From positions 242,315 through 306,314 of the forward strand of contig MFUZ01000006.1 in assembly GCA_001785865.1 (NCBI GenBank): a stretch of 64,000 nucleotides of DNA, given 5' to 3'. Below, piece by piece: positions 41,458-52,300 of the stretch. Positions within the stretch are counted from its first letter, which is position 1, and the number at the start of each line of letters is the position of its first letter. A program made the position numbers and the translations under genes. The DNA comes from Candidatus Nomurabacteria bacterium RIFCSPLOWO2_01_FULL_41_18 (GTDB lineage Bacteria > Patescibacteriota > Minisyncoccia > Phycocordibacterales > UBA9973). The notes under the pieces were generated by a model, which was not told the origin of the DNA, ran no database searches, and worked only from the letters and a program-made list of their open reading frames with translations.

Positions 41458-42453
41458 ATGGATAATAATTATGACCTCATTGCAATAGGAGAAACCACGA
41501 TAGACGCGTTTATTCGTATCAAAGATGCCCACGTAAACTGTAATCTCAACAAAGAAAATTGCGAGATCTGTTTGGCTTTTGGAGCAAAAATTCCATACGA
41601 ATCTGTCACCGAAGTTCCTGCTGTTGGAAATGCGGCAAATGCCGCCGTATCAACCGCACGCCTTGGACTCAAATCTGCGCTGGTAGCGAATATTGGAAAA
41701 GACAGAAACGGTGATTTATGTGTTGATTCTCTAAAGAAAGACAAGGTTTCTACAGAGTTCATATCCGTAAACATAGACAGAGATACAAATTATCACTACA
41801 TTTTATGGTTTGAGGACGAAAGAACTATATTACAAAAACATTCCGACTTTCCATATAAACTGCCAAATCTAGGTAGTCCAAAATGGATATATTTGACATC
41901 ACTTGGAGAAAAATCTATGCCCTATCATGAGGATATAATAAAATATCTAAAAAATAATCCAGAAATAAAATTGGCTTTTCAACCGGGAATTTTTCAGATT
42001 AAAATAGGTTACGAAAAGTTGAAGGATATTTATAAAAGAAGCGAGATTTTCTTCTGCAACATAGAAGAAGCCAAAACAATCTTAAATATAGAAAATCATG
42101 ATGAAGTAAAAGATTTACTTGAAAAAATGCATAAGCTAGGACCAAAAATAGTAGTACTTACAGATGGGCCAAAAGGAGCTTACGCATATGACGGCAAAAA
42201 TTATTTATCCATGCCTATATATCCAGACTCAAAGCCTCCATTTGAACGCACCGGCGCCGGAGATGCATTTTCTTCTACTGTAGTTGCAGCACTCGCACTC
42301 GGCAAAACTCTCCCTGAAGCACTCTCTTGGGGTCCAATAAATTCAATGTCTGTAGTTCAAGATGTCGGCGCGCAAAAAGGACTCCTCACTCGGGAAAAAC
42401 TAGAAGAATATTTAAAAAACGCCCCAGAAGATTACAAGGTCAAAAAAATATAA
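41458..42453 (+). CDS. PfkB-family carbohydrate kinase (ribokinase-like)
   Basis: C-terminal GAGDAFSSTVVAALALG anion-hole motif, N-terminal GG-like region. Confidence 0.75.
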   Translation: MDNNYDLIAIGETTIDAFIRIKDAHVNCNLNKENCEICLAFGAKIPYESVTEVPAVGNAANAAVSTARLGLKSALVANIGKDRNGDLCVDSLKKDKVSTEFISVNIDRDTNYHYILWFEDERTILQKHSDFPYKLPNLGSPKWIYLTSLGEKSMPYHEDIIKYLKNNPEIKLAFQPGIFQIKIGYEKLKDIYKRSEIFFCNIEEAKTILNIENHDEVKDLLEKMHKLGPKIVVLTDGPKGAYAYDGKNYLSMPIYPDSKPPFERTGAGDAFSSTVVAALALGKTLPEALSWGPINSMSVVQDVGAQKGLLTREKLEEYLKNAPEDYKVKKI

Positions 42454-42704
42454 TGAACCCTGATCATTTCTGGAAACAAAATAAGGACCCAATTCCAACT
42501 CCTGCTAAAACAATTGAGGAATTAGAAAAAGAATTATATGAAAAACGAAAAGCACTTATGAAGTTGTATGAAGATGGAAAAGTAGAAAATGATGAAGTGG
42601 GCATGGAAGAAGCAGATTTAAGAATACAAATTGAAAAACTAGATAGAGCACTCTTGCAAGAAATAAAACGAGCTCAAAACGAAGCAGAATCTTACGGAAA
42701 TTAG
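42453..42704 (+). CDS. hypothetical small coiled-coil protein (83 aa)
   Basis: ATG overlapping PfkB stop (ATAATGA); charged helical sequence; no family. Confidence 0.35.
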   Translation: MNPDHFWKQNKDPIPTPAKTIEELEKELYEKRKALMKLYEDGKVENDEVGMEEADLRIQIEKLDRALLQEIKRAQNEAESYGN

Positions 42705-43699
42705 GATCTTTTTTTTGAAATTTTCTTCACAGCTTCTTTTATAGATTTTACACCCATGCCATAGTGCTCTACGAGCTCGTCTGGAGTACCGCTCTGGCCA
42801 AATTTGTCTTGCACTCCAACGAATTCTATTGGTACGGGACAATTTTTCGCCAAAACTTCTGCAACAGCCGAACCCATTCCTCCTGCAACCTGATGTTCCT
42901 CAACTGTTACTATTCTTTTGGTTTCTTTTGCTAAAGCCACAATAGCATTTTCATCAATCGGCTTGATGCTAGAGATGTTCATCACTTTTGTTTTTATTCC
43001 TTCTACTTCCAATTCTTTGGCCGCGACCAACGCACGATATATAATTCCCCCTGTGACAATTATCCCCACTTCTGCGAGCCCCACATCCGGCATCCAATAC
43101 ATTTCCGCCTTGCCTAAGTCGAAAGGAGTTTCTTCTGTGGTAATGATCTGCGTTTTTTCGCGCGCGAGCCGAAGATATGCCGGCCTTTCGCTCTTTGCCA
43201 AAGCGACCGTCGCTTTCTTGGCCTCGATCGCATCACAAGGAGAAACCACATCCATGTTTGGCATGACTCGCATCAAGGCTATGTCCTCGAGCGCCTGATG
43301 AGTACCACCGTCCGGACCGACAGAAATACCAGCATGTGAGCCCACTATCACCACCTTGCGATCATTGTAAGCAATAGTCGTCCTGATCTGTTCCCAATTC
43401 CTCCCTGGAGAAAACATCGCGTACGAGGAACAAAAAGGAATTTTTCTCATCGCCGACATACCAGAAGCAACAGTGACTAAATTTTGTTCTGCTACACCAA
43501 CTTCTACAAATCTATCTCCAAACTTTTCTTTGAATTTATCCATCTGCGTAGACTCGGTCAGATCTGCGCAAAGAGCTACGACATTCTTGTCCGCCTCGCC
43601 CGCCAAGACTAGCCCCTGTCCGAAACCTTTTCGGATCGGCACCTGCTCGACATCAGTATTAAACAATTTAGGATTAAGTTTTAATTTAGGGTTGAGCAT
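42701..43699 (-). CDS. transketolase, C-terminal section (pyrimidine-binding + C-terminal domains)
   Basis: Split-transketolase arrangement; EQNLVTVASGMS, GGTHQALEDIALMR motifs. Confidence 0.85.
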   Translation of the reverse strand: MLNPKLKLNPKLFNTDVEQVPIRKGFGQGLVLAGEADKNVVALCADLTESTQMDKFKEKFGDRFVEVGVAEQNLVTVASGMSAMRKIPFCSSYAMFSPGRNWEQIRTTIAYNDRKVVIVGSHAGISVGPDGGTHQALEDIALMRVMPNMDVVSPCDAIEAKKATVALAKSERPAYLRLAREKTQIITTEETPFDLGKAEMYWMPDVGLAEVGIIVTGGIIYRALVAAKELEVEGIKTKVMNISSIKPIDENAIVALAKETKRIVTVEEHQVAGGMGSAVAEVLAKNCPVPIEFVGVQDKFGQSGTPDELVEHYGMGVKSIKEAVKKISKKRS

Positions 43700-43707
43700 A
43701 TCGGGAT

Positions 43708-44595
43708 CTACTGATGTTCACTTCTTATTTTACCTGATAATGTCCTAAGCTCGTCGAGCGCCATTTTTGCTTCTTCATTGTTCGGGGGTTTGCCGTGCCA
43801 TCTGTAGTCCCTTTCGAACTCGTGGACACCCTTCCCAGGAATCGTGTGCGCGACGATGACCGTCGGCTTTTCGTATATCGCCTGAGCCTCATCTACCGCC
43901 TCGTTCAGCGCCCTGAAATCATGCCCGCCTACTTCTATGACATGCCAATTGAAAGCCCTGTATTTATCCGCAAATGATTCAAGTGGCATGATGTCTTCGG
44001 TAAAGCCGTCTATCTGGATATTGTTCCTGTCTACTACTGCAATCAGATTTCTTAATTTATGTTTCCCTGCGAGCATTATCGCCTCCCAGGTATTGCCTTC
44101 GTCATGCTCGCCGTCAGACATAAAACAATAAATAAATCTGTTTTTACTTGCCCCGTCCTTGGCGGGGTCGTTACCATCCATCCTATCAGCCAAAGCCATG
44201 CCGACTGCCTGCGACAGCCCTGCGCCGAGAGGCCCGGAAGAGGTCTCTAGCATCGGCAAATATTCCCGATGCGGATGCCCTTGGAGCCTAGTGTCAAACT
44301 TGCGCAAAGTTTTCAATTCTTCCACTCCGAAATATCCTGCATGCGCCATCGTCGCATACAGGACGGGACAGATGTGACCGTTACTAAGCACCAATCTGTC
44401 CCTCTCTTCCCAATCTGGATTTTTAGGATCATGTTTTAAAATATGAAAATAAAAAAGAGTAAAAACATCTGCCATGCCGAGAGGTCCCGCTGTGTGCCCG
44501 CTCCCCGCTTCTTGTAGCATCTCTATAATAGACTCGCGAATATCATTCGCTTTTTTTTCTAGCTCAATTATTTTTTTATCTGATAGAAACGCCAT
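43708..44595 (-). CDS. transketolase, N-terminal section (TPP-binding)
   Basis: GSGHTAGPLGMADV, GDGEHDEGNTWEA TPP-binding motifs. Confidence 0.85.
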   Translation of the reverse strand: MAFLSDKKIIELEKKANDIRESIIEMLQEAGSGHTAGPLGMADVFTLFYFHILKHDPKNPDWEERDRLVLSNGHICPVLYATMAHAGYFGVEELKTLRKFDTRLQGHPHREYLPMLETSSGPLGAGLSQAVGMALADRMDGNDPAKDGASKNRFIYCFMSDGEHDEGNTWEAIMLAGKHKLRNLIAVVDRNNIQIDGFTEDIMPLESFADKYRAFNWHVIEVGGHDFRALNEAVDEAQAIYEKPTVIVAHTIPGKGVHEFERDYRWHGKPPNNEEAKMALDELRTLSGKIRSEHQ

Positions 44596-44656
44596 GAAAT
44601 GTATTATACTCCCAATTTACCTGGTTTCAAAGAAACCTTAGAAAATTGCAGTCCCT

Positions 44657-45358
44657 TTAAGGGGCCAAACTTTGGAAACTTTGGAGTGCTCCGAGGGGAT
44701 CTCCGCTCTTCCAGATACCCGAACCCACAGTGAGCCTGTCCGCACCAGCGCCTAAAATACTTTCCGCGTTTTCCAGATTGATGCCGATATCGACTGATAT
44801 CACGACTCCGGGCAGATCTTTCTTGAGTAATTTTATATTTTCGAGCGCTCTGTTTGAAAAAGCTTCACCCTGAAAACCGATCTTGTCCGAACCCATACAA
44901 TGCAAGAAATCAACTTTATGCGATAGCCGAGACACTACTTTGAGATCTTCACTCGGCTTGAAAGCAATGCCTATTTGTACATTGTCCCGAATATACATAT
45001 CCAAGCCCTCCAAGAAATCCTCAAACTCTTCTAGATTTTTTTGCGCCCCAAGATGAAAGATCATCCTTTTCGGACCCAGCTTCATATATAGATCGAAATT
45101 ACCAACCGCATCTGACACCATGAGATCGAACTCAAAATCGAATTCCTCCCAGAAAGGCATCCCTTCTTCTTCGTTCATTATTTTTTGAAAATTAGGATCT
45201 TCCCATCCTCCTCCGCTAAAAGGCCACGTCTGGCTCGGAGCAAAGACGCCGTCGCATATGTCGATATGCACACACTTTGCCACACCTCGCAAGGCTGTAA
45301 GCTTGTTTTTTATTTCACTGAAATTTTTTTCTAATATTGCTGGAATTATTTCGCTCAT
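44657..45358 (-). CDS. ribulose-phosphate 3-epimerase-like TIM-barrel protein
   Basis: HIDICDGVFAP, DLMV, C-terminal VDIGIN...GAGADRLTVGSGIW align with Rpe motifs; internal insertion. Confidence 0.55.
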   Translation of the reverse strand: MSEIIPAILEKNFSEIKNKLTALRGVAKCVHIDICDGVFAPSQTWPFSGGGWEDPNFQKIMNEEEGMPFWEEFDFEFDLMVSDAVGNFDLYMKLGPKRMIFHLGAQKNLEEFEDFLEGLDMYIRDNVQIGIAFKPSEDLKVVSRLSHKVDFLHCMGSDKIGFQGEAFSNRALENIKLLKKDLPGVVISVDIGINLENAESILGAGADRLTVGSGIWKSGDPLGALQSFQSLAP

Positions 45359-45383
45359 GGTGATAGCTGTTAGGCGCTAGGCT

Positions 45384-46187
45384 TTAGGCACTAGGCATTA
45401 GCTTTTTAATTTGCCTCTGAACTTCGTCGACAAGCATATCATGAAAAACACCATTTGAAGCTATGAGATGATTTTCGGGAAATTTCCAAGAGCTACCGTC
45501 AAGATTTGTTATCTTTCCCCCAGCTTCTTGGACCAAAAAAACACCTGCAGCAAAATCATAAGAAACATTTCTTCCGAGCTGGATGTTAGCCTCTAGCCCG
45601 CCACGGGCGACATAAGCTAGCTCTAAAGCAGTAGCTCCTAAATTCCTTACCGAACGTACTACTTTTGGTAAATCATGATAAAGTTCTAAAATTATATGTC
45701 TTTCTTTGCCAGGAGATACAGTGACGATAGCGTGGTCTGTATTATCTTTTGAAACAAATATTTTATTGTCGTTCAAATACGCACCGCTACCCTTTTCTGC
45801 ATAAAAAAGAGAATGGGTAGCCGGATTGTAGACCACACCCACGATTATTTCACCTTTCCGCTCAAGAGCAATAGACACAGCAAAAAGCGGAATACCGTTT
45901 GCAAAATTCCTTGTACCATCTACGGGATCTACATGCCAGACATATTCACTCTCCTTTCCCCTCTCTCCATTCATTCCCGTCTCTTCACCCAAGATAGAAT
46001 GCTCGGGAAAAGCACCAAATATAATTTTTTTTATTATTTCTTCGGATTCTTTGTCAGCCAGAGTAACAATACTTTTGTCTTCTTTAAAATCTTTAAGTAT
46101 TTCCGTCTCAAAATATTTTTCTAGGACTTTCCCAGCCTCTAGTGCAGCCAAGATAGCGGTCTCTAATTCTTTAGATTTATTCTGCAT
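45384..46187 (-). CDS. inositol monophosphatase/FBPase family phosphatase
   Basis: WHVDPVDGTRNFANGIP metal-binding motif. Confidence 0.75.
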   Translation of the reverse strand: MQNKSKELETAILAALEAGKVLEKYFETEILKDFKEDKSIVTLADKESEEIIKKIIFGAFPEHSILGEETGMNGERGKESEYVWHVDPVDGTRNFANGIPLFAVSIALERKGEIIVGVVYNPATHSLFYAEKGSGAYLNDNKIFVSKDNTDHAIVTVSPGKERHIILELYHDLPKVVRSVRNLGATALELAYVARGGLEANIQLGRNVSYDFAAGVFLVQEAGGKITNLDGSSWKFPENHLIASNGVFHDMLVDEVQRQIKKLMPSA

Positions 46188-46672
46188 TATTTTTCTTTCT
46201 TAATATCAATCGCATCTATCTTTCCTAGCCGGCGGACATGTCGCTCACCGCCGGTATATGGTGTCTTGAGCCAGAGATTGACTGCTTCCATCACGCTCTC
46301 TTCTGTGAAATACCTAGCACCAAGAGAAAGAATGTTCGAATTGTTGTGTTCTCGAGAACGGACTATGATATTGGATTCATCATCCACGATCGGCTTCGCC
46401 TCGCCGTAAAAAACTGCCGCGCGTACATGAGGAAACCTGTTTGCCGCTATGGCCTCTCCTTCGCCAGTACCGCCTAAAATTATCCCGCGCGCATTATCCG
46501 GGTCTTTCGAAACTTCTCGCGCCACTGGGACAACGAAATCCGGATAATCATCGTCTTCGTTGTATTCGTAAGCGCCTTTGTCTATGACCTCATAACCTTC
46601 TCCTTTGAGCGTGGTCACCAGGTGCTCCTTGAGCACATAACCCGCATGATCTGTTCCAATGAAAATTTTCAT
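46187..46672 (-). CDS. rpiB: ribose-5-phosphate isomerase B
   Basis: MKIFIGTDHAGYVLKEHL, GIILGGTGEGEAIAANRF motifs. Confidence 0.8.
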   Translation of the reverse strand: MKIFIGTDHAGYVLKEHLVTTLKGEGYEVIDKGAYEYNEDDDYPDFVVPVAREVSKDPDNARGIILGGTGEGEAIAANRFPHVRAAVFYGEAKPIVDDESNIIVRSREHNNSNILSLGARYFTEESVMEAVNLWLKTPYTGGERHVRRLGKIDAIDIKKEK

Positions 46673-46676
46673 CCCG

Positions 46677-46931
46677 TTAGAGATAGGAAGCGCCTAATCT
46701 ATTCTTCAGATAACGCTTGCCCATTCCCGATTTTAAAAATAATTCTCTCGACCTCGCTTTACTTTCTAATAAACACGCTTCGTAGTATATCAAAATAAAT
46801 GGGCCTCGTCCTTTCGTATATGTAGATAAACCCTTGTTATGTTGTCCCAGGCGCTTCCGTAGGTCTTGCGTATATCCCGTGTATATTTTACCATCCTTCT
46901 TGCTTTTTAAGATATATGTGTAATAAAACAT
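46677..46931 (-). CDS. GIY-YIG nuclease family protein (small stand-alone, YhbQ-like)
   Basis: YYTYILKSKKDGKIYTGYTQDLRKRLGQHN GIY-YIG motif. Confidence 0.7.
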   Translation of the reverse strand: MFYYTYILKSKKDGKIYTGYTQDLRKRLGQHNKGLSTYTKGRGPFILIYYEACLLESKARSRELFLKSGMGKRYLKNRLGASYL

Positions 46932-47014
46932 AAGTAATCTCTAACGGGATTCATTCTTTCATTATACCATATTGTATGGGCAATCCTACCAAAATCGAGC
47001 TGATTTTGGTGGAA

Positions 47015-47308
47015 TTAGGGTGTTTTGGGGGTGTTTCTGTTTTTTCTTTCTTTATATTTTTCATAAATTGCCCCTATGAGAGATCCAAACACAAATCCAT
47101 GAATAAAAGCTGCTGTAGACATTATCCACATGATATTATCTGAATCTTGAAACAGAAGAAGACTGAACGGTAAAAATGGGAGAGGGGGTAAAATATAAAA
47201 AATAAACATTAAATCACCTAGTTTAAGAAAATAATCGGCACAAAAAATAATGAGGTATAAAATACCTACTACAATTCCAAATTTTAAAACATATCTTTTT
47301 TGTTGCAT
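47015..47308 (-). CDS. hypothetical small membrane protein (97 aa)
   Basis: Three hydrophobic helices; no family. Confidence 0.35.
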   Translation of the reverse strand: MQQKRYVLKFGIVVGILYLIIFCADYFLKLGDLMFIFYILPPLPFLPFSLLLFQDSDNIMWIMSTAAFIHGFVFGSLIGAIYEKYKERKNRNTPKTP

Positions 47309-47318
47309 AAAAAAAATT

Positions 47319-47867
47319 CTATTTATAAAAATCTTCTTCTTCGTAATAATATGACTGCTCTATACCTTTCATGAAAACTTCTCGGTCATCAATTTTATCG
47401 GTCAGAGCAGTGCGCAGAAGCTCGCGAATTTCAAGGTCGTTCACTGGACTACGCTCCATGGCGTTTAGATAATCCGCTTTGTCAATCTTCGCCCAGTCAA
47501 CACATTTTTTGATATTTTTTTTAAAAATTAAATCTAACCAAATCCTCATGCTTCGGCCATTACCCTCCATAAACGGATGAGTGATATTCATTTCCACATA
47601 TTTAGCCATAATTTCCTCGAAAGTATTCTCTGGCATTCCTCCGACCTTGTTCAAACTTTCTTTCAAATATAAATAGGAAGCGAATCGGAAACCGCCTTTG
47701 CTTATATCCTTAACGCGAATCTGACCAGCAAAATCGTAAAGCTCCTCAAATAAATATTTGTGGATCTGCTCTAAACCTTTGATTGTACCGATCTCAAAAC
47801 CTGAAATTTCCGGACTGCCAAAAAGTTTTTTTGCACGTTCTTTACTTATTTCGTCAACATTTTGCAT
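47319..47867 (-). CDS. Fic/Doc (Fido) family protein
   Basis: Canonical Fic motif [12 protein letters not shown]. Confidence 0.75.
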   Translation of the reverse strand: MQNVDEISKERAKKLFGSPEISGFEIGTIKGLEQIHKYLFEELYDFAGQIRVKDISKGGFRFASYLYLKESLNKVGGMPENTFEEIMAKYVEMNITHPFMEGNGRSMRIWLDLIFKKNIKKCVDWAKIDKADYLNAMERSPVNDLEIRELLRTALTDKIDDREVFMKGIEQSYYYEEEDFYK

Positions 47868-47942
47868 ACTGATATTATACCATTTTTACGGGTATTTTCC
47901 TAGGAACGGTTCTTACGAAAACTTGCGAAAACTTTAAGTCGA

Positions 47943-48266
47943 TCATCCATTTCTTCCAAAAATAAAAATAACAAGTATAACAATGAAAAGAAAGATTGCG
48001 AGTGAATGTTTTTTGATAAGTTGTCTAGGCGTTAGGCGTTCTTCTGGTAATAAATTTTTCTGTTCTGAAATATCTTTTGAAAATTGATGTATCGATACAA
48101 AAAGTGTATAGATGATCAATAATCCTATATATCCAAAAATTGGAGCTCCATACCCCACCATGTATGCCCATGTTTCTGAGTTAGAAGTCAAATAAATTAC
48201 CAATTGAAGGATTAAGTATAATACTGTAATAATTATTAGACCTGTAATTCGAGATTTTTTATTCAT
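47943..48266 (-). CDS. hypothetical membrane protein (107 aa)
   Basis: Three TM helices; no family. Confidence 0.35.
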   Translation of the reverse strand: MNKKSRITGLIIITVLYLILQLVIYLTSNSETWAYMVGYGAPIFGYIGLLIIYTLFVSIHQFSKDISEQKNLLPEERLTPRQLIKKHSLAIFLFIVILVIFIFGRNG

Positions 48267-48271
48267 AAATT

Positions 48272-49297
48272 TTATTTTATACTCCCTCCAGTTTTAATCA
48301 CATGCTCCACAAGCGTGTGAGTATACCCCATTTCGTTATCATACCAACCCATAACTTTTATCAAATTCCCTCCCACAACGCGAGTAAGTTTCAAATCAGC
48401 AATAGAACCATACGGACTTTCTAAAATATCTGAAGAAACAAGATCCTCTTCAGTGACATTAAAAATCCCTTCCCATCTTTTATCTTTTGAAGCTTTTTTA
48501 AGAATATTATTTACTTCTTCGGCTGTAGTTGGTTTTTTGGAAATAAAAGTAATATCAACGATAGACCCCGCAGGTACAGGCACTCGCATTGAAATGCCGT
48601 CAAAAAGTCCGGAGAGCTTTGTAAATGCTTTTGTCACCGCTATGGCCGCACCGGTAGAACTCGGCACTATGTTTTGCGCAGCTGCTCTGCCCTCACGAAA
48701 ATCTTTTTTATTTGGACCATCTACAATGCTTTGGCTCGCTGTATATCCATGCACAGTATTCAAAAGCGCTTTTTCGATTCCTAAAACTTCATCTAAAATT
48801 GCAATCAGTGGTGAAGCTGCATTTGTAGTACAAGATGCATTTGAAGTAATATCGCAAGTGCCGAATTTGTCTTCATTTACGCCAAGTAAGATTGTCTCAC
48901 CTTTCACTGGCACTTCGCCCTCCTTTGCGGGAGCAGAAATAACGACTTTTTTAGCACCTGCATCCAAGTGCGCTTTTGCTTTGTCGTAAGTCACAAAAAG
49001 TCCGGTAGACTCTACAACAACATCCACCCCCAAATCTTTCCAAGGAAGCTTGTTGGGCTCTTTTTCTGCCAAAACTTTCACTTTTTTGTTATCAATAATT
49101 ATTTCTTGACCTTCTGCTTTTATGTCGTGTTTCCATTCTCGGTAAACTGTGTCGTATTTCAAAAGATAAGCCATGTTCTCCACGCTTCCAAGATCATTCA
49201 CTGCCACTATTTCAATCTCCGGCCTATCCCAAGCCACTTTCAAAAATGCTCTGCCTATCCTTCCAAACCCGTTAATTCCAACTTTGATTTTATTCAT
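48272..49297 (-). CDS. gap: glyceraldehyde-3-phosphate dehydrogenase, type I
   Basis: VGINGFGRIGR NAD-binding, catalytic ASCTTN. Confidence 0.9.
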   Translation of the reverse strand: MNKIKVGINGFGRIGRAFLKVAWDRPEIEIVAVNDLGSVENMAYLLKYDTVYREWKHDIKAEGQEIIIDNKKVKVLAEKEPNKLPWKDLGVDVVVESTGLFVTYDKAKAHLDAGAKKVVISAPAKEGEVPVKGETILLGVNEDKFGTCDITSNASCTTNAASPLIAILDEVLGIEKALLNTVHGYTASQSIVDGPNKKDFREGRAAAQNIVPSSTGAAIAVTKAFTKLSGLFDGISMRVPVPAGSIVDITFISKKPTTAEEVNNILKKASKDKRWEGIFNVTEEDLVSSDILESPYGSIADLKLTRVVGGNLIKVMGWYDNEMGYTHTLVEHVIKTGGSIK

Positions 49298-49326
49298 GGC
49301 GTTTATTATACCAAAATAAAGAAAAA

Positions 49327-52300
49327 GTGTATAATCAAAAAATGGAAAAAGAGGAAAACAGAGAGGTAAAATTCATCCACCTACACACCCACAGCCACTA
49401 TTCCCTCCTAGACGGGCTTTCAAAGATTGAGGATTTAGTTCAGCTCGCAAAAGAAGCTGGAATGCCAGCTATGGCCATCACTGATCATGGAAATATGTAT
49501 GGGGCAATCGAATTCTATAAACTTGCAAAAAAAGAAGGCATAAAGCCTATAGTCGGAGTGGAGGCCTACATGACTGCTGGAAACAGAAAAGACAGAACCA
49601 CGGAAGCCGGAGGCACAAAAAGATATTACCACCTCACTTTGCTTGCGAAGAATTTAGAAGGATATAAAAATTTAATAAAACTCGTTACTATCGCAAACTT
49701 GGAAGGATATTATTACAAACCGAGAATGGATAAAGAAATACTTAGAAAACATTCAAGTGGCATCATTGCCCTTTCAGGATGTCTGGGTGGAGAACTTTCG
49801 CAAACAGTGATGAAGGGTGATGAAAAAAAAGCAGATGAACTCGTGCAGGAATATCAAGACATTTTCGGCAAAGAAAATTATTTTATAGAAATACAATGTC
49901 ATCCGTCAGTTGAAAATGACAAAAGTGTGCGTGAGAATTTAATAAAACTCGCCAGAAAACATAATATTATGATTGTTGGTACACAAGATTCACATTATCC
50001 ATGTAGTGACGACCATGATGCACACCATACCTTGCTTCAAATAAATACCCAAGGCGATGTAAAAGATGGCGCTAAGTTTGAATTTTCTGATGATGACTTT
50101 TCATTTATTGATACAAAAAAGGCACTGGAAGTTTTCAAGGATATCCCCGAAGCAGTAGAAAATACAATGAAAATAGCCGATATGTGCAATCTTGAATTGG
50201 AACTCGGTAAATGGGTCTTCCCTGACTTCAAAATTGAAGGAGGAAAAACAGCAGATCAGAAAATGCGCGAGCTGGTATATGCTGGCTTCAAGAATTTGCG
50301 GATAGAACAAACAAAACCGACGTTAGAACGCGTTGAATACGAGCTAAAAGTTATTTTTGATAAAGGATATTCTCCATATTTTTTAGTAGTTGGTGATTTG
50401 ATGCATTATGCAAAAGAACATGGGATTTTGACAACTATCAGAGGCTCTGTGGCGGGTTCGATGGCTACATATTTGCTTGGTATAACAAATGTTAACCCGA
50501 TAGATTACAAAATACCTTTTGAGAGATTTTTAAATCCTTTCCGTCCTTCCGCACCAGATATTGATATGGATTTTGCAGACAATAGACGCGACGAAATGAT
50601 CGAGTATGTAAAAAATAAATATGGTGAAGATAAGGTGGCTCAAATTGGAACTTTTGGTACGATGATGGCGCGCGGAGCCGTGCGCGATGTAGCTCGTGCC
50701 CTCGGCTACCCATACACCATAGGTGATAGGCTTTCCAAGATGATCCCGATGGGTTCGCAAGGTATGCCCATGACCATAGAGTATGCGATGGAAATAGTGC
50801 CGGAACTAAAACAGGCATATAAAACAGAAAAAGATACAAAAAAAATAATAGACTTGGCAAAAAAACTCGAAGGCTGTGTCAGACACATCTCTGTGCATGC
50901 AGCTGGAGTCGTCATCTCACCACTTCCACTTATAGAATATGTCCCCCTTCAATATGATCCAAAAGGAGAAAATAAAATAATTACTCAGTATGATATGTAT
51001 AGCATTGAAGAAGCAGGACTTTTGAAATTTGACTTTCTGGGTATTAGAAATTTATCAATTTTGGCAGACGCAGTTAGTTTGGTAAAAAGATTTTACAATA
51101 TAGATATAGATATAGAAAATATTCCACTCGATGACAAAAAAACTTTCGAACTTTTAGCTTCTGGTCAAACCGAAGGACTTTTTCAATTAAACGGCTCCGG
51201 CATGACCAGATATTTAAAAGAATTGAAACCCACTTCTATCCACGACATAAATGCCATGGTGGCTCTTTATCGTCCTGGGCCAATGGACTCTATACCAGAA
51301 TATATCAAACGAAAACATAATCCTAAACTAATTAAATACTTAGACCCCAGAATGAAGAAATATTTGGGTGATTCTTATGGGCTCATAGTCTATCAAGACG
51401 ATTTATTGCTCTCTGCAATAGAACTAGCCGGCTACAACTGGGAAGAAGCTGACAAATTCCGTAAGGCAGTTGGTAAAAAAATACCAAAAGAAATGGCAGC
51501 TCAAAGAGAGAAATTAACGAAGGGTATTATTGCAAATGGGCAAACTCCTGCTTTTGCTGAAAACCTTTGGAAACTTTTTGAACCATTCCAAGCTTATGGA
51601 TTCGGTAAAGCCCATGCAGCCTCTTATGGTAAAGTTGCTTACCAAACTGCCTATATGAAAGCAAACTACCCAGTAGAATATATGGCTTCGATACTCACAG
51701 CTGAAAGTGGTGACGTTGAAAAAATAGCTGAAATAATCAACGAATGTAAAAATATGAACATTCCCGTGCTTCCTCCACATATTAATGAAAGTTATGGTGG
51801 ATTTACTTGCCTGCCTAGTGAAGCTCACACCCAAATCAGTGACAAAAATAAAAGTATTAAAATAAGATTTGGATTCTATACAATCAAAAACTTAGGCACA
51901 GATATCGCTGACAGCATAATCAGAGAAAGAAAAGAGAACGGCAAATTTGAATCGATAACAAATTTTCTAGATAGAATCAAACACAAAAATTTAAACAAGA
52001 AATCCTTAGAGGCGCTAATTAAATCTGGATGCATGGATGAATGGGGCGATAGAGGGGTGATGATAGCAAATGTAGAGGCAATGCTTTTGTACAATCACGA
52101 GATAAATAAACAAAATCAGAATCAAGTTTCTCTTTTTGGTGGAACAAATTCAATAAAAGCGCCAGAATTTAAATTACAAAATGCAAAAGAATCAACGCAG
52201 GCCGAAAAACTGCTTTGGGAAAAAGAATTGCTGGGACTTTACATCTCCGGACATCCCTTAGACCGCATCCGCGCCAAATTAGAAAGTAAAGATATAAATA

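Noticed and set aside
42327-42704. 125-aa ORF overlapping the 3' end of the PfkB kinase gene in another frame
   Set aside because: The N-terminal 40 aa overlap a well-supported kinase C-terminus. An ATG at 42453 (ATAATGA stop-start overlap) gives a cleaner 83-aa gene, so the shorter call was used.
45370-45402. Short tandem TAGGC-containing octamer run (TTAGGCGC TAGGCTTT AGGCACTA GGCATTAG) in the rpe-like/IMPase intergenic spacer; a similar TAGGCGTTAGGCG lies at 48016-48030
   Set aside because: It is very short and degenerate, in a 25-bp spacer that must also hold the RBS. There is no clear repeat-unit periodicity.
46677-46931. GIY-YIG protein as a homing endonuclease marking a group I intron/intein
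   Set aside because: It is an 84-aa stand-alone GIY-YIG (YhbQ/UPF0213-like) with no DNA-binding extension and no interrupted host gene nearby.
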